From Nitrospirota bacterium (lineage in GTDB: Bacteria; Nitrospirota; Nitrospiria; JACQBZ01), in contig JACQBZ010000020.1 in NCBI GenBank assembly GCA_016194285.1, positions 1,994-65,993 on the forward strand: a stretch of 64,000 nucleotides of DNA, read 5' to 3'. This document shows positions 19,489-27,615 of the stretch, one piece after another (the first letter of the stretch is position 1; the number at the start of each line of letters is the position of its first letter). Both the position numbers and the translations under genes were made by a program. The notes below the pieces were generated by a model, which did not search any database, was not told the DNA's origin, and was given only the letters and a program-made list of their open reading frames with translations.

Positions 19489-19849
19489 ACGGCGAACACC
19501 TGTCTTTACCGAGAATTTCAGCCTCAACCTTGATGCCCTCCGGCTCTTTCTGGAACCGGAGGGACGCGCCGCATTCGAACGCCTCCTCGACCGCCTGTTC
19601 GATGACATCGTGCCGATGCTTTGCCGACACTCTCAGTCCGGCCGGATCTTTCTCCAGCATCCGATCCGATCGAAAGAAGCCCGATCTCTATCGCGAAAGC
19701 TGAAAACCTTTCTGAAAAAAGGCGACACGCTTCGCGAGTTTGTCGTGGATGACTATCTTATGCTGTATTTGCACAGAGACCGTCAGGTGGTTTTTCTGTC
19801 CATCAAACACCACCGTCAGCTCTCCTTTGACCTGCGACGATTCTGGTAG
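19478..19849 (+). CDS. RelE/ParE-family toxin
   Basis: Overlaps antitoxin; VFTENF..NL, LREF..DDYLMLY...VVFLSIKH. Confidence 0.75.
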   Translation: MAGRRRTPVFTENFSLNLDALRLFLEPEGRAAFERLLDRLFDDIVPMLCRHSQSGRIFLQHPIRSKEARSLSRKLKTFLKKGDTLREFVVDDYLMLYLHRDRQVVFLSIKHHRQLSFDLRRFW

Positions 19850-19973
19850 TCCCGCTCGCCCGCCCCGAACTTAGCGGCAAATTCCCCCACCCGCCGGGCG
19901 ACGCTCGTTAGATGCTCGACCCGGTCGTGCTTGATCCTTGGCTGTTTTCAGAATGGGCGAAATAGTCGTTCAT
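19850..19973 (-). pseudogene. Cas3 HD-domain 5' stub 2, frameshifted
   Basis: MNDYFAHSENSQG / 1-nt shift / KHDRVEHLTSVARRVGEFAAKFGAGE; stops before the HD motif, at the stop of toxin 1. Confidence 0.65.
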
Positions 19974-20043
19974 GTCACAGTGATAATGCGGGCGACGCTG
20001 AAGTCGCGGTCAACGCAAGGCATATCCACTCCTTTCCACGGAA

Positions 20044-20075
20044 ATCTTACAATACCCTCGTGACAACGGGGGTCA
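20044..20075 (-). promoter_or_regulatory. Putative WYL-regulated promoter: TGAC-N7-GTCA, 11 nt, TAAGAT
   Basis: Palindrome 20061-20075, -10 at 20044-20049; upstream of Cas3 stub 2. Confidence 0.55.
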
Positions 20076-20099
20076 AAGTTTTTTCTCCCATCCGCTCGC

Positions 20100-20151
20100 T
20101 TGACAGCAGCTTAAGAAGCCATTATAATGGCCATTATCATAGCCATAATGG
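20100..20151 (+). promoter_or_regulatory. Sigma70 promoter of TA module 2 with operator palindromes
   Basis: TTGACA(20100)-17-TATAAT(20123); CCATTATAATGG 20119-20130 and CCATTAT-N7-ATAATGG 20131-20151. Confidence 0.8.
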
Positions 20152-20161
20152 AGACAATCTT

Positions 20162-20461
20162 ATGAAACAGGTAGACCAATTTGTATCGGTTACAGATGCC
20201 AAGAACCGCCTTCTGGATCTCATCCGAAGCCTTGCCGAGAAAGATGAGGTGCTGGCAATCACGCGCGGCGGCATCCCCGCCGCCGTCGTCCTCAGCCCCG
20301 AGCGGTACGAGGGTCTTTTGGAGACCATTGAAGTCCTCAGCGACCCCCGCTCGATGGAGTCCATTCGCCGATCGCTCAAGCAGGCCCGGAAGGGCCGCTG
20401 GCTGAGCGAGGAAGAGGTCTTCGGAAAAGAGAAGGCCCGCCTGTCCGGCCGGCAGGCATGA
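20162..20461 (+). CDS. Phd/YefM-family antitoxin
   Basis: VSVTDAKNRLLDLI...ITRGGIPAAVVLS...LLETIEVLSD; ATG 20162 downstream of promoter. Confidence 0.9.
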   Translation: MKQVDQFVSVTDAKNRLLDLIRSLAEKDEVLAITRGGIPAAVVLSPERYEGLLETIEVLSDPRSMESIRRSLKQARKGRWLSEEEVFGKEKARLSGRQA

Positions 20462-20751
20462 AGGCCTTTCGCGTCCGGTACACGCCCGAAGCGGCCTCCC
20501 TCATCCGAAAACTCCATCCCGAAATCAAGCGCCGAATCCGGGGCGGAATCAAAACGCTTCTCGAAAATCCGTTGTCGGGCCATGAGCTCCGTTTTGAGCT
20601 GTCCGGTTTTCGATCCCACCGTGTGAAGAACTATCGCATCATCTACCGACTCAATGATCCCGAGGGTTTTCTCGAAATCCTTTTCGTCGGTCAACGGCGG
20701 GACGTTTATGAAAGCCTCCGAGCCCTGTTGTTGGAAAAATCCTCCGACTGA
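20458..20751 (+). CDS. RelE/StbE-family toxin
   Basis: 4-bp overlap with antitoxin; LLENPLSGHEL...FRSHRVKNYRIIY...ILFVGQRRDVY. Confidence 0.88.
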   Translation: MKAFRVRYTPEAASLIRKLHPEIKRRIRGGIKTLLENPLSGHELRFELSGFRSHRVKNYRIIYRLNDPEGFLEILFVGQRRDVYESLRALLLEKSSD

Positions 20752-20789
20752 CTTCGCCGTCTCCGCGTTGAGCGGGAAGACCTTGCCTT

Positions 20790-21283
20790 GATCCCCTGAT
20801 ATTTCCCCAACAGTCTCTAGGCCTCGTTCTGGACCGCCTGCATCAAACTTTCCGGACGAACCACCCGGACCTTTGCGCCAAAGCCCAACACCCATGCGAG
20901 CAGTTCAGGGCAAACGGCCACCTGAAGATTCATCCGGATCCGCCCGCCTTTGAGCGGCGTGATCCGCTGGCTCGCATGCCAGGTTCGCTCACGCACCCAC
21001 CGGGCGGCCGACTTTTCAAAGACCAGCTCCACGCCCTCTGCTTCCCCCCGGAACACGTCAGGACTGAGCGCGGAGCGGCTCTTCTGGAATAAGCTGTGAA
21101 GAGAATCACCCAGGAAGGTGCCATCGAGCGGTAGTCCGGGTCAAGAACCCAAAAGGTTTTCCCGTCTTCACGCTGATCATAGATCGGAAAACCAGCGAGG
21201 CCCAATGCATCCAGGTCCCGCCGCAGTGTCCGCTGATGGCAGGCATCGTCCAGCTCGGAGGCTAAACGTTGGGTTGACAGCCC
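20790..21283 (-). pseudogene. HTH-WYL-WCX transcriptional regulator remnant
   Basis: HTH GLSTQRLASELDDACHQRTLRRDLDALGLAGFPI; frameshifted linker GTFLGDSLHSLFQKSRSALSP; WCX VELVF...WHASQ...ELLAWVLGFGAKVRVVRPESL; premature TAG then RLLGKY; no start codon, WYL core missing. Confidence 0.75.
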
Positions 21284-21302
21284 GGGGCTTTTCTTTTATA
21301 GT
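21274..21302 (+). promoter_or_regulatory. Sigma70 promoter for TPR-oppDF
   Basis: TTGACA-17-TATAGT, 9 nt before ATG 21312. Confidence 0.65.
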
Positions 21303-21311
21303 GAATGGGCT

Positions 21312-22022
21312 ATGAACGGCGATCCCGAATTCGATAAAGTCTATCGTGCCGCCCAGGAATGCTTCGAGGAGAATCGGCTGGACGAGGCGGAGCGTTTGTT
21401 TCTGAAGCTCCTGGACCGAAATACGAGAGGGTACGCGGACGTTTTTAACCTTCTGGGTTTGATCTATTCCCAGAAAGGCCTTCTGGAGCGTGCCGCACAA
21501 TATTTTGAAAAAGCCTTGGCCATTAATCCTAAATACACGGACGCCGCCCTCAGCCTCGTTGTAACGTATAACGAGCTTCAGAAGTTCGCCGAGGCCGAAC
21601 GCGTCTTCAATCAAGCGGCCAAGGTGGTCCGTTCCGAACCCACATCGCTTGATCCGTTTATTCAAGGCAAGTTGGCCAATGAGCACGGCAAGCTGGGCGA
21701 TGCCTATTATAACCTGGGCCGGTACGATCAAGCCCTTGACGAGTACCAAAAGGCCGTCAAACTCCGGCCGAATTTTGTGGATATTCTGACCAAAATCGGG
21801 ATGACCCTGAGGGAGAAGGGGGAACTGGACCCGGCCGTTGACGCTTTCAGCAAGGCCAAAGAGGCCAGCTCCAAATACGTGCCGGCCTACATTCACCTTG
21901 GAATCACTTATTACACCCAAAACCGACGGGACTTGGCCTTACAAGAATGGAAAGCCGCGCAGAAGATCGATCCCGCCAACCGCGCCGTCCAGGTTTACCT
22001 AAACTTGGCCAAAAAGCCATAG
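21312..22022 (+). CDS. Tetratricopeptide-repeat protein
   Basis: Multiple TPR motifs (ADVFNLLGLIY, LGDAYYNLGRYDQA, AYIHLGITYY). Confidence 0.88.
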   Translation: MNGDPEFDKVYRAAQECFEENRLDEAERLFLKLLDRNTRGYADVFNLLGLIYSQKGLLERAAQYFEKALAINPKYTDAALSLVVTYNELQKFAEAERVFNQAAKVVRSEPTSLDPFIQGKLANEHGKLGDAYYNLGRYDQALDEYQKAVKLRPNFVDILTKIGMTLREKGELDPAVDAFSKAKEASSKYVPAYIHLGITYYTQNRRDLALQEWKAAQKIDPANRAVQVYLNLAKKP

Positions 22023-22046
22023 CCTTTTCCTTCACCCGAGGAAACC

Positions 22047-23036
22047 GTGAACCCGGCCGTTCTGAGGATTAAGAATCTCCGGACGCAATTTCATACCGAT
22101 GAGGGTATCGTTCACGCCGTGGACGGAATTGATCTGACGGTCCGTCAGGGAACCGTTTTGGGGCTGGTGGGGGAATCCGGCTCCGGCAAATCGGTCACGG
22201 CCCTCTCCGTCATGCGCCTCATTCCGCAACCGCCGGGCCGCATCGTTTCCGGAGAGATATGGTTCAACGGAACCGACCTGATGACCTTAAAGGAAACCGA
22301 GATGCAAGCGATCCGCGGGAAACGGATCGCGATGATTTTTCAGGAACCGATGACGTCGCTCAATCCGGTCTTCACGGTTGGAAATCAGATCTCGGAAATG
22401 CTCCGGCTCCATCTGAAACTGAGCCGCAAAGACGCCCGTGACCGCACGATCGAACTCCTGGAGTTGGTCGGCATCCCCTCGGCCGATCAGCGCGCGAAGG
22501 AATATCCGCATCAACTCAGCGGCGGGATGCGACAAAGGGTCATGATCGCCATGGCCATCTCGTGCGACCCCGACCTCATTTTCGCGGACGAACCCACCAC
22601 CGCTTTGGACGTCACGATCCAAGCGCAAATCCTGGTTCTCCTGGAGGAACTCCGAGAGCGGCTCGGCATGTCCCTCGTACTGATCTCGCACGATCTCGGC
22701 GTGATCGCGGAAGTCGCGCATGAGGTGGCCATCATGTATGCCGGCCGCATCGTCGAGGAGGCCAGCACGGAGGAACTGTTCGCACAGCCCCTCCATCCTT
22801 ACACGCAAGGACTTCTGGCGTCTCTTCCCCGGTTCGACAAGACGGGAGGACGGGGGGAACGACTCCGGGCGATCCCCGGCACCGTCCCCAAATGGACGGA
22901 GCAGTTGCCGGGTTGTAAATTCACTCCCCGTTGCGGCATCGCCATCCCCCACTGCGGCCTGGAAGAGCCCCCGTTGAAGGAAGTTCGTCCTGGCCACCGA
23001 GTTCGATGCTGGGTCGCCTTTGGAGAAAAATCGTGA
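22047..23036 (+). CDS. oppD: Oligopeptide/dipeptide ABC transporter ATP-binding subunit D
   Basis: [39 protein letters not shown]-terminal Cys cluster. Confidence 0.92.
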   Translation: MNPAVLRIKNLRTQFHTDEGIVHAVDGIDLTVRQGTVLGLVGESGSGKSVTALSVMRLIPQPPGRIVSGEIWFNGTDLMTLKETEMQAIRGKRIAMIFQEPMTSLNPVFTVGNQISEMLRLHLKLSRKDARDRTIELLELVGIPSADQRAKEYPHQLSGGMRQRVMIAMAISCDPDLIFADEPTTALDVTIQAQILVLLEELRERLGMSLVLISHDLGVIAEVAHEVAIMYAGRIVEEASTEELFAQPLHPYTQGLLASLPRFDKTGGRGERLRAIPGTVPKWTEQLPGCKFTPRCGIAIPHCGLEEPPLKEVRPGHRVRCWVAFGEKS

Positions 23037-24052
23037 TGGATGCGGGCCTACCCCCAAGCGCCGATACGATCACAACCGGCTCGTCTAAAACCGCCCTGCT
23101 GTCGGTCCGAAATCTTAAAAAATATTTCCCGATCCGCGAGGGCCTATTGGGCCGGCCGGGTCTCCGGGTTCACGCCGTGGACGACGTCAGTTTTGATCTT
23201 CAACGGGGAGAGATTCTCGGACTGGTGGGCGAAAGCGGTTGCGGGAAATCGACGACCGGCCGGTTGATACTCAGACTGCTGGAACCGACGTCGGGTGAAG
23301 TCCACTTTCAGAGTGAAAATATTTTCAACGCCAACGCCCGACGGATGCGGGCCCTGCGTCGCGAGATGCAGATCATCTTTCAGGATCCTTACGCCTCCCT
23401 CAATCCCCGCATGACGATCGGCGCCACGCTCGAAGAGCCGTTGATCATCCATAGAACCGGAAACCGGAACGAGCGACGGGCCCGTGTGCGACAGCTTCTC
23501 GAAAAGGTCGGATTGGATCCGGGCGTCGTGAACCGTTATCCCCACGAGTTCAGCGGTGGACAGCGGCAGCGGATCGGGGTGGCCCGTGCCCTGGCCCTGA
23601 ACCCGAAACTCATCGTGGCCGACGAACCGGTTTCCTCTCTGGATGTCTCCATTCAAGCCCAGGTCATCAACCTGCTCGAGGACATTCAGCAAGAGTACGC
23701 GCTTTCCATGATCTTTATTGCGCACGATTTGAACATGGTCCGGCATATCAGCGATCGGGTGGCTGTCATGTACCTGGGCCGCATTGTTGAATTGGGACCG
23801 GCGACGCACCTGTATCGAGAACCGCTTCACCCGTACACCGAGGCTCTTCTGGCCGCGATCCCGATTCCGGATCCGAAGGTGAAACGGACCCGGATCCTTC
23901 TCGAGGGCGATCTTCCAAGCCCAGTGAATCTCCCTCCGGGATGTCGTTTCTATTCGAGATGCCCGAAACGAATACCGGATTGTCTCAAAGAAGATCCCCC
24001 GCTGGTCCAGATCCGTGCCGGGCACTGGGCGGCCTGTATCCTGGTCACGTGA
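23033..24052 (+). CDS. oppF: Oligopeptide/dipeptide ABC transporter ATP-binding subunit F
   Basis: [38 protein letters not shown]; start coupled to oppD stop. Confidence 0.92.
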   Translation: MMDAGLPPSADTITTGSSKTALLSVRNLKKYFPIREGLLGRPGLRVHAVDDVSFDLQRGEILGLVGESGCGKSTTGRLILRLLEPTSGEVHFQSENIFNANARRMRALRREMQIIFQDPYASLNPRMTIGATLEEPLIIHRTGNRNERRARVRQLLEKVGLDPGVVNRYPHEFSGGQRQRIGVARALALNPKLIVADEPVSSLDVSIQAQVINLLEDIQQEYALSMIFIAHDLNMVRHISDRVAVMYLGRIVELGPATHLYREPLHPYTEALLAAIPIPDPKVKRTRILLEGDLPSPVNLPPGCRFYSRCPKRIPDCLKEDPPLVQIRAGHWAACILVT

Positions 24053-24404
24053 GATGGAAGTCAAAAATCGGCGGCGGACACCGGCCCATACGAGCATCAA
24101 TTAGCCGACCATAAGCGGAAGATCCTGGCCCAGATCGGGAAGGCGTTCGAAGCGCAGCACGGCAAAAAGCCGAAGGCCGATCACCTCACAAACCTCATCA
24201 CGGCCAAGCACCGCGCTTGCACTCGGCGCACCGCAGCCGATGTGTCGGCTACCGCCTGAACCTTCCCGCCAGCGAAGTCCGTGTGGTGAAATAATGCGAG
24301 ACAGCCACTGGCACTCAAAAATGAAAACCACCTATTCAGTCCGGTCGGGTCATTTCTGTCGCCCCAGCTGTAAAGCGGAAGCCTGAAATAGGTCTCGATA
24401 TTTA

Positions 24405-24536
24405 GATGTCAAAGTAAAGACCTGCCCCCAGACTTTTCCCGCTCTGGCGCTCGACGGCGGAGCTCCTATTGATCAGGTTCAGGAGATGCTCCGGCATAGT
24501 GAAATTGAAATAACGATGATTCATCTTCGACAATGA
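24405..24536 (+). pseudogene. Tyrosine recombinase/integrase C-terminal remnant
   Basis: KVKTCPQTFPALALDGGAPIDQVQEMLRHSEIEITMIH resembles box II (HxxRH..L..G..I..VQxxLGHx..xTxxY) with HxxR lost and catalytic Tyr replaced. Confidence 0.55.
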
Positions 24537-24805
24537 AACAGAGTCGAAAAAGCAGCTGAAAAGCATATCACTCAGATCTGATCTTTTTTGAGGTTCAAGG
24601 GGCAAGAAATAACAGCAAAAGAAATTAGGATTCTTAAATATCCGTTATAAATGATCCTTTTTCGAGATTATTCTGCCCCGTTTTCCTGGGATGGGCAATA
24701 GTGAGGGAGTGTGTCAATGAAGTTATGCAGTAAAACAGAGAGTCCTGTGGCCCTTTTGGTCCCTATATGAAGTTACACCCATAGATCCACGGTGTAAAAT
24801 TTAAC

Positions 24806-24835
24806 TTGACATGTAACCATATAGTTACATATAAT
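24806..24835 (+). promoter_or_regulatory. Sigma70 promoter with ArsR-type inverted-repeat operator
   Basis: TTGACA-18-TATAAT; ATGTAAC-N6-GTTACAT (24811-24830) fills the spacer. Confidence 0.8.
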
Positions 24836-24842
24836 AGTGCTT

Positions 24843-25193
24843 ATGGGCACTGACTCTGTCTTCAAAGCGCTTGCCGATAAAAGTCGGAGAAAGCTCCTGG
24901 ATGTTCTCTTAGAGAACAATGGACTAAATTTAAATGAGTTATGCGAACACCTAACTATGAGCAGGCAGGCCGTGATGAAACATTTAAGAATTTTGGAGAA
25001 TGCAAACTTGATAGCGGTAAATTGGGATGGTCGAGACAAGTTGCACTATTTAAATCCTATTCCTATCCAAGAAACATACGGCAGATGGGTTAGTAAGTAT
25101 GAACGTCACCGATTGAAAGCATTAGATGATCTGAAATTGAGCCTTGAGCAAAACAAAGCGGACAGATCAAAAGAAAAGAGGAAAAGAAAATGA
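24843..25193 (+). CDS. ArsR/SmtB-family regulator (SRPBCC-associated type)
   Basis: VFKALADKSRRKLL...MSRQAVMKHLRILE...GRDKLHYLNPIPI. Confidence 0.9.
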   Translation: MGTDSVFKALADKSRRKLLDVLLENNGLNLNELCEHLTMSRQAVMKHLRILENANLIAVNWDGRDKLHYLNPIPIQETYGRWVSKYERHRLKALDDLKLSLEQNKADRSKEKRKRK

Positions 25194-25648
25194 GTAAACA
25201 GAAATTTGTATATGTGAGCTACATCAAGACAACTATAGATGTCTTATGGAAGGCGCTCACTAGCCCCGAATTCACCCGAAAATATTGGCTTGGACAAAGC
25301 ATTGTATGTGATTGGAAAGTGGGCTCGCCTTTAAAGCTTGTTAAAACCGATGGCGTAGTTGTGAATCTTGGCAAGGTTCTTATCGTGGAGAAACCGAAAG
25401 TTCTCTCCCACACCTGGAACCCTCAAACAAAAGAAGGGACAAGTGTAGAGGCTCCATCGAGAGTAACATTTCACCTTGAACCCGATGAACAAATAGTAAA
25501 ATTGACAGTCACGCATGATGAGTTCCCAGTAAACTCAAAAGTATTTCCACAAATTAATGGCGGATGGCCCGTAATTATCAGCAGCCTGAAAAGTCTGCTT
25601 GAGACAGATAAGCCGCTTACAGGGAAATCCAGTACAGGCACATGCTAA
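25190..25648 (+). CDS. SRPBCC/AHSA1-like protein
   Basis: YVSYIKTT...LWKALT.PEFTRKYW, DWKVGS, SRVTF, KLTVTH, GGWP.I.SSLKSLLET. Confidence 0.88.
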   Translation: MSKQKFVYVSYIKTTIDVLWKALTSPEFTRKYWLGQSIVCDWKVGSPLKLVKTDGVVVNLGKVLIVEKPKVLSHTWNPQTKEGTSVEAPSRVTFHLEPDEQIVKLTVTHDEFPVNSKVFPQINGGWPVIISSLKSLLETDKPLTGKSSTGTC

Positions 25649-25682
25649 TAAATTTTAACTGACAGTAATAATAGGAGGAAAA

Positions 25683-26204
25683 ATGATAACTGATTTAAAG
25701 ACGAAACCCGATTTTAGAGCGCCTACCACTGCGAAAAAGCTCCCACGCGCCGTAGCCGATGGGAGAGGTGGAATTATTATTGCTGTCGGAGAAGTGGCCG
25801 GATCACCTGAGCATGTGTTCCGTGCGCTAACGACAAACGAAGTCGAGCAATGGTGGAAATATCCTGGCGTCTACCACCAAAAGGATTGGAAGGCCGACGT
25901 CCGCGTCTGCGGACCATGGAGCGTAACCGTTGAGTTGGCAGATGGTAAGTTGGTTCATGCCTGGGGAGAGTTCTGTGAGCTTAACTTCCCCAACAAAATT
26001 GTTATGACCAGGAGATTCGACGCGCATCCCTTTCTTGGAGATCGCGAAACTACAATCACCTATCGTTTAGAATCCTCTCCCCACGGCACGCTCGTAACCG
26101 TGCGCGACGAGGGTTTCATCGGACGAAGCGAGGCAGCCTACGGGAATGCAGAAATTTGGGGAAAAGTCCTGGGATGGTTGGACACTTTTCTAAGCAAACA
26201 ATGA
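25683..26204 (+). CDS. SRPBCC/AHSA1-like protein
   Basis: SPEHVFRALT...QWW, DVRVCGPW, GTLVTVR, W.KVLGWL. Confidence 0.85.
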   Translation: MITDLKTKPDFRAPTTAKKLPRAVADGRGGIIIAVGEVAGSPEHVFRALTTNEVEQWWKYPGVYHQKDWKADVRVCGPWSVTVELADGKLVHAWGEFCELNFPNKIVMTRRFDAHPFLGDRETTITYRLESSPHGTLVTVRDEGFIGRSEAAYGNAEIWGKVLGWLDTFLSKQ

Positions 26205-26231
26205 CTGGCGATACGAACGAAAGGAATCAAT

Positions 26232-26678
26232 ATGAGCACTTACGAAACCCATCACCAAGTAGGCATCAAAGCCCCCACCGATAAAGTTTATCAGGCATTA
26301 ACCGATCCCAAGATGCTCGCCAAATGGTGGACTTCCGACACTCGTGGCAACTCAAAAGTTGGGGGCCACCTGGAGTTTCGGTTTGGCGACTTCTGTCAGA
26401 AATTTGAGGTCGTCGCACTTAAGCCAGGGGAGTTTGTTCGTTGGAAGGCCACAAAAGAAGGAGCAGACGAATGGGCCGGGACCGAAATCACATTTTCACT
26501 GAAAGCTGATGATGAGCAGTGCCTCGTCCGCTTTGTTCATTCCGGCTGGGCGGATAAGACAGAATTTTTCGCGCATTGTTCAACTAAGTGGGCAGTGTTT
26601 CTGTTGAGCCTCAAGGATCTCTTGGAAAAAGGCAAAGGGCATCCGGCTCCTAATGATTTGCCAATCAACCATAGTTGA
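26232..26678 (+). CDS. SRPBCC/AHSA1-like protein
   Basis: IKAPTDKVYQALT...KWWT, W.GTEITF, F.HSGW, CSTKWAVFLLSLK. Confidence 0.88.
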   Translation: MSTYETHHQVGIKAPTDKVYQALTDPKMLAKWWTSDTRGNSKVGGHLEFRFGDFCQKFEVVALKPGEFVRWKATKEGADEWAGTEITFSLKADDEQCLVRFVHSGWADKTEFFAHCSTKWAVFLLSLKDLLEKGKGHPAPNDLPINHS

Positions 26679-26991
26679 CGCGTAAGGGTGCTGTTGGTGG
26701 GAATAGGTCGGTCGGCGCCCAATATCCCGACCGGCACTCGCTTGACCGTGGAAAAGACACGGGGCCAGGTCTTTCCTTTGGCATTACACTTACAAGAAGT
26801 AAAGAGATAGATTTCACCGCTGTAAGCTATTCCGCTCGGTATTTCTCCTAACCTCCTCCCCCAACCACCGAAAAACGACTAAAAAACCACCGCTAAACCA
26901 TCGTTCGGCGAGAGTTCGACGAGGATTTTGTGGGGAGGGATGATCCATATACGAATGCCGTTGTGCGGCGGATGGGAAGAAGCTGGCGGAG

Positions 26992-27195
26992 ATGGCGAGG
27001 CCCCCGCTGCCGGATCTCACCTATCGTTACCGCTGCCGCTGCGGACGGGATCGCACCGTGCCCGCCTCCATCGATCCCGTGACCCATCGCATCATCGCGC
27101 GGGCCAACTGCGCCTGCGGTCATGAGGTGCGGGAATTTCTCGGCCATCTGGTCCGGATCAAGTGCAGGGCCTGCAAGGCCATACAGAAGTTTTAA
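26992..27195 (+). CDS. Small Cys-rich zinc-ribbon protein, Mu Com-like C-terminal ribbon
   Basis: CRC...CACGH...RIKCRAC in 67 aa; GC-rich coding-like composition; followed by a terminator. Confidence 0.6.
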   Translation: MARPPLPDLTYRYRCRCGRDRTVPASIDPVTHRIIARANCACGHEVREFLGHLVRIKCRACKAIQKF

Positions 27196-27241
27196 CCGAA
27201 GTTCACACTGTAAAGGAAAAGCTCCGAGGCTCCCTGAGAAG

Positions 27242-27276
27242 CCCGTGAGGTCACCGACGTGACCCACGGGTTTTTT
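27242..27276 (+). terminator. Intrinsic terminator
   Basis: CCCGTG-AGGTCAC-CGAC-GTGACC-CACGGG followed by T6. Confidence 0.75.
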
Positions 27277-27370
27277 CTCGGCCGAAAGGTCAGGGACAGG
27301 CTTGGAGGAGATCCGGAGGCTTGAAGAAACCCCGGTTCGCGCGTATCCCGCCCGGATCGAGATTCGATGA

Positions 27371-27399
27371 TTGCATTCCTAAAAGGTTTGCCTTAGAAT
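27371..27399 (+). promoter_or_regulatory. Putative sigma70 promoter
   Basis: TTGCAT-17-TAGAAT upstream of ATG 27418. Confidence 0.5.
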
Positions 27400-27417
27400 A
27401 TCTCAGAGGACGGCGGT

Positions 27418-27615
27418 ATGATCACCCATCCAAAACAATATCTCGCCGAACAGGAAAAGGCGCGGAAAGACTATCTTGAGCGCTTGAGCGTGGAAGAGTC
27501 GGTTCGCATTTTGGAGAGTCTATTGACATCGGGCCTCGCCGAAGAATTCCGTTTTTCAGATGACCAGCCGGTCTCGCTGGCCGTGAGCATCCGAAATGCC
27601 CGAAAGCGGGTTTAG
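27418..27615 (+). CDS. Small helical protein, putative partner of the nucleotidyltransferase
   Basis: 65 aa ORF with RBS; 20-bp overlap with the downstream gene. Confidence 0.6.
   Translation: MITHPKQYLAEQEKARKDYLERLSVEESVRILESLLTSGLAEEFRFSDDQPVSLAVSIRNARKRV

Noticed and set aside
19974-20024. Short uORF MPCVDRDFSVARIITVT overlapping the Cas3 stub start (ATGA)
   Set aside because: Has an RBS but is too short to separate from chance or a decayed gene end
19931-20161. N-terminal extension of antitoxin 2 in the ORF track (likewise extensions of 12646, 15550, 22931, 53811 ORFs)
   Set aside because: Extensions overlap promoters or neighbouring genes; downstream ATGs fit better
18900-21300. CRISPR array near the Cas3 stubs
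   Set aside because: No regularly spaced repeats seen; only a two-copy 40-bp stub repeat
24090-24259. Plus-strand fragment LADHKRKILAQIGKAFEAQHGKKPKADHL...
   Set aside because: Looks coding but has no start and no family I can recognise; left uncalled
24402-24605. 67-aa minus-strand ORF
   Set aside because: It is the antisense of the integrase remnant
26700-26800. GGGGCCAGGTCTTTCC sequence and hairpin resembling RAYT/IS200-type flanks
   Set aside because: No transposase and no matching second end visible; too weak to call
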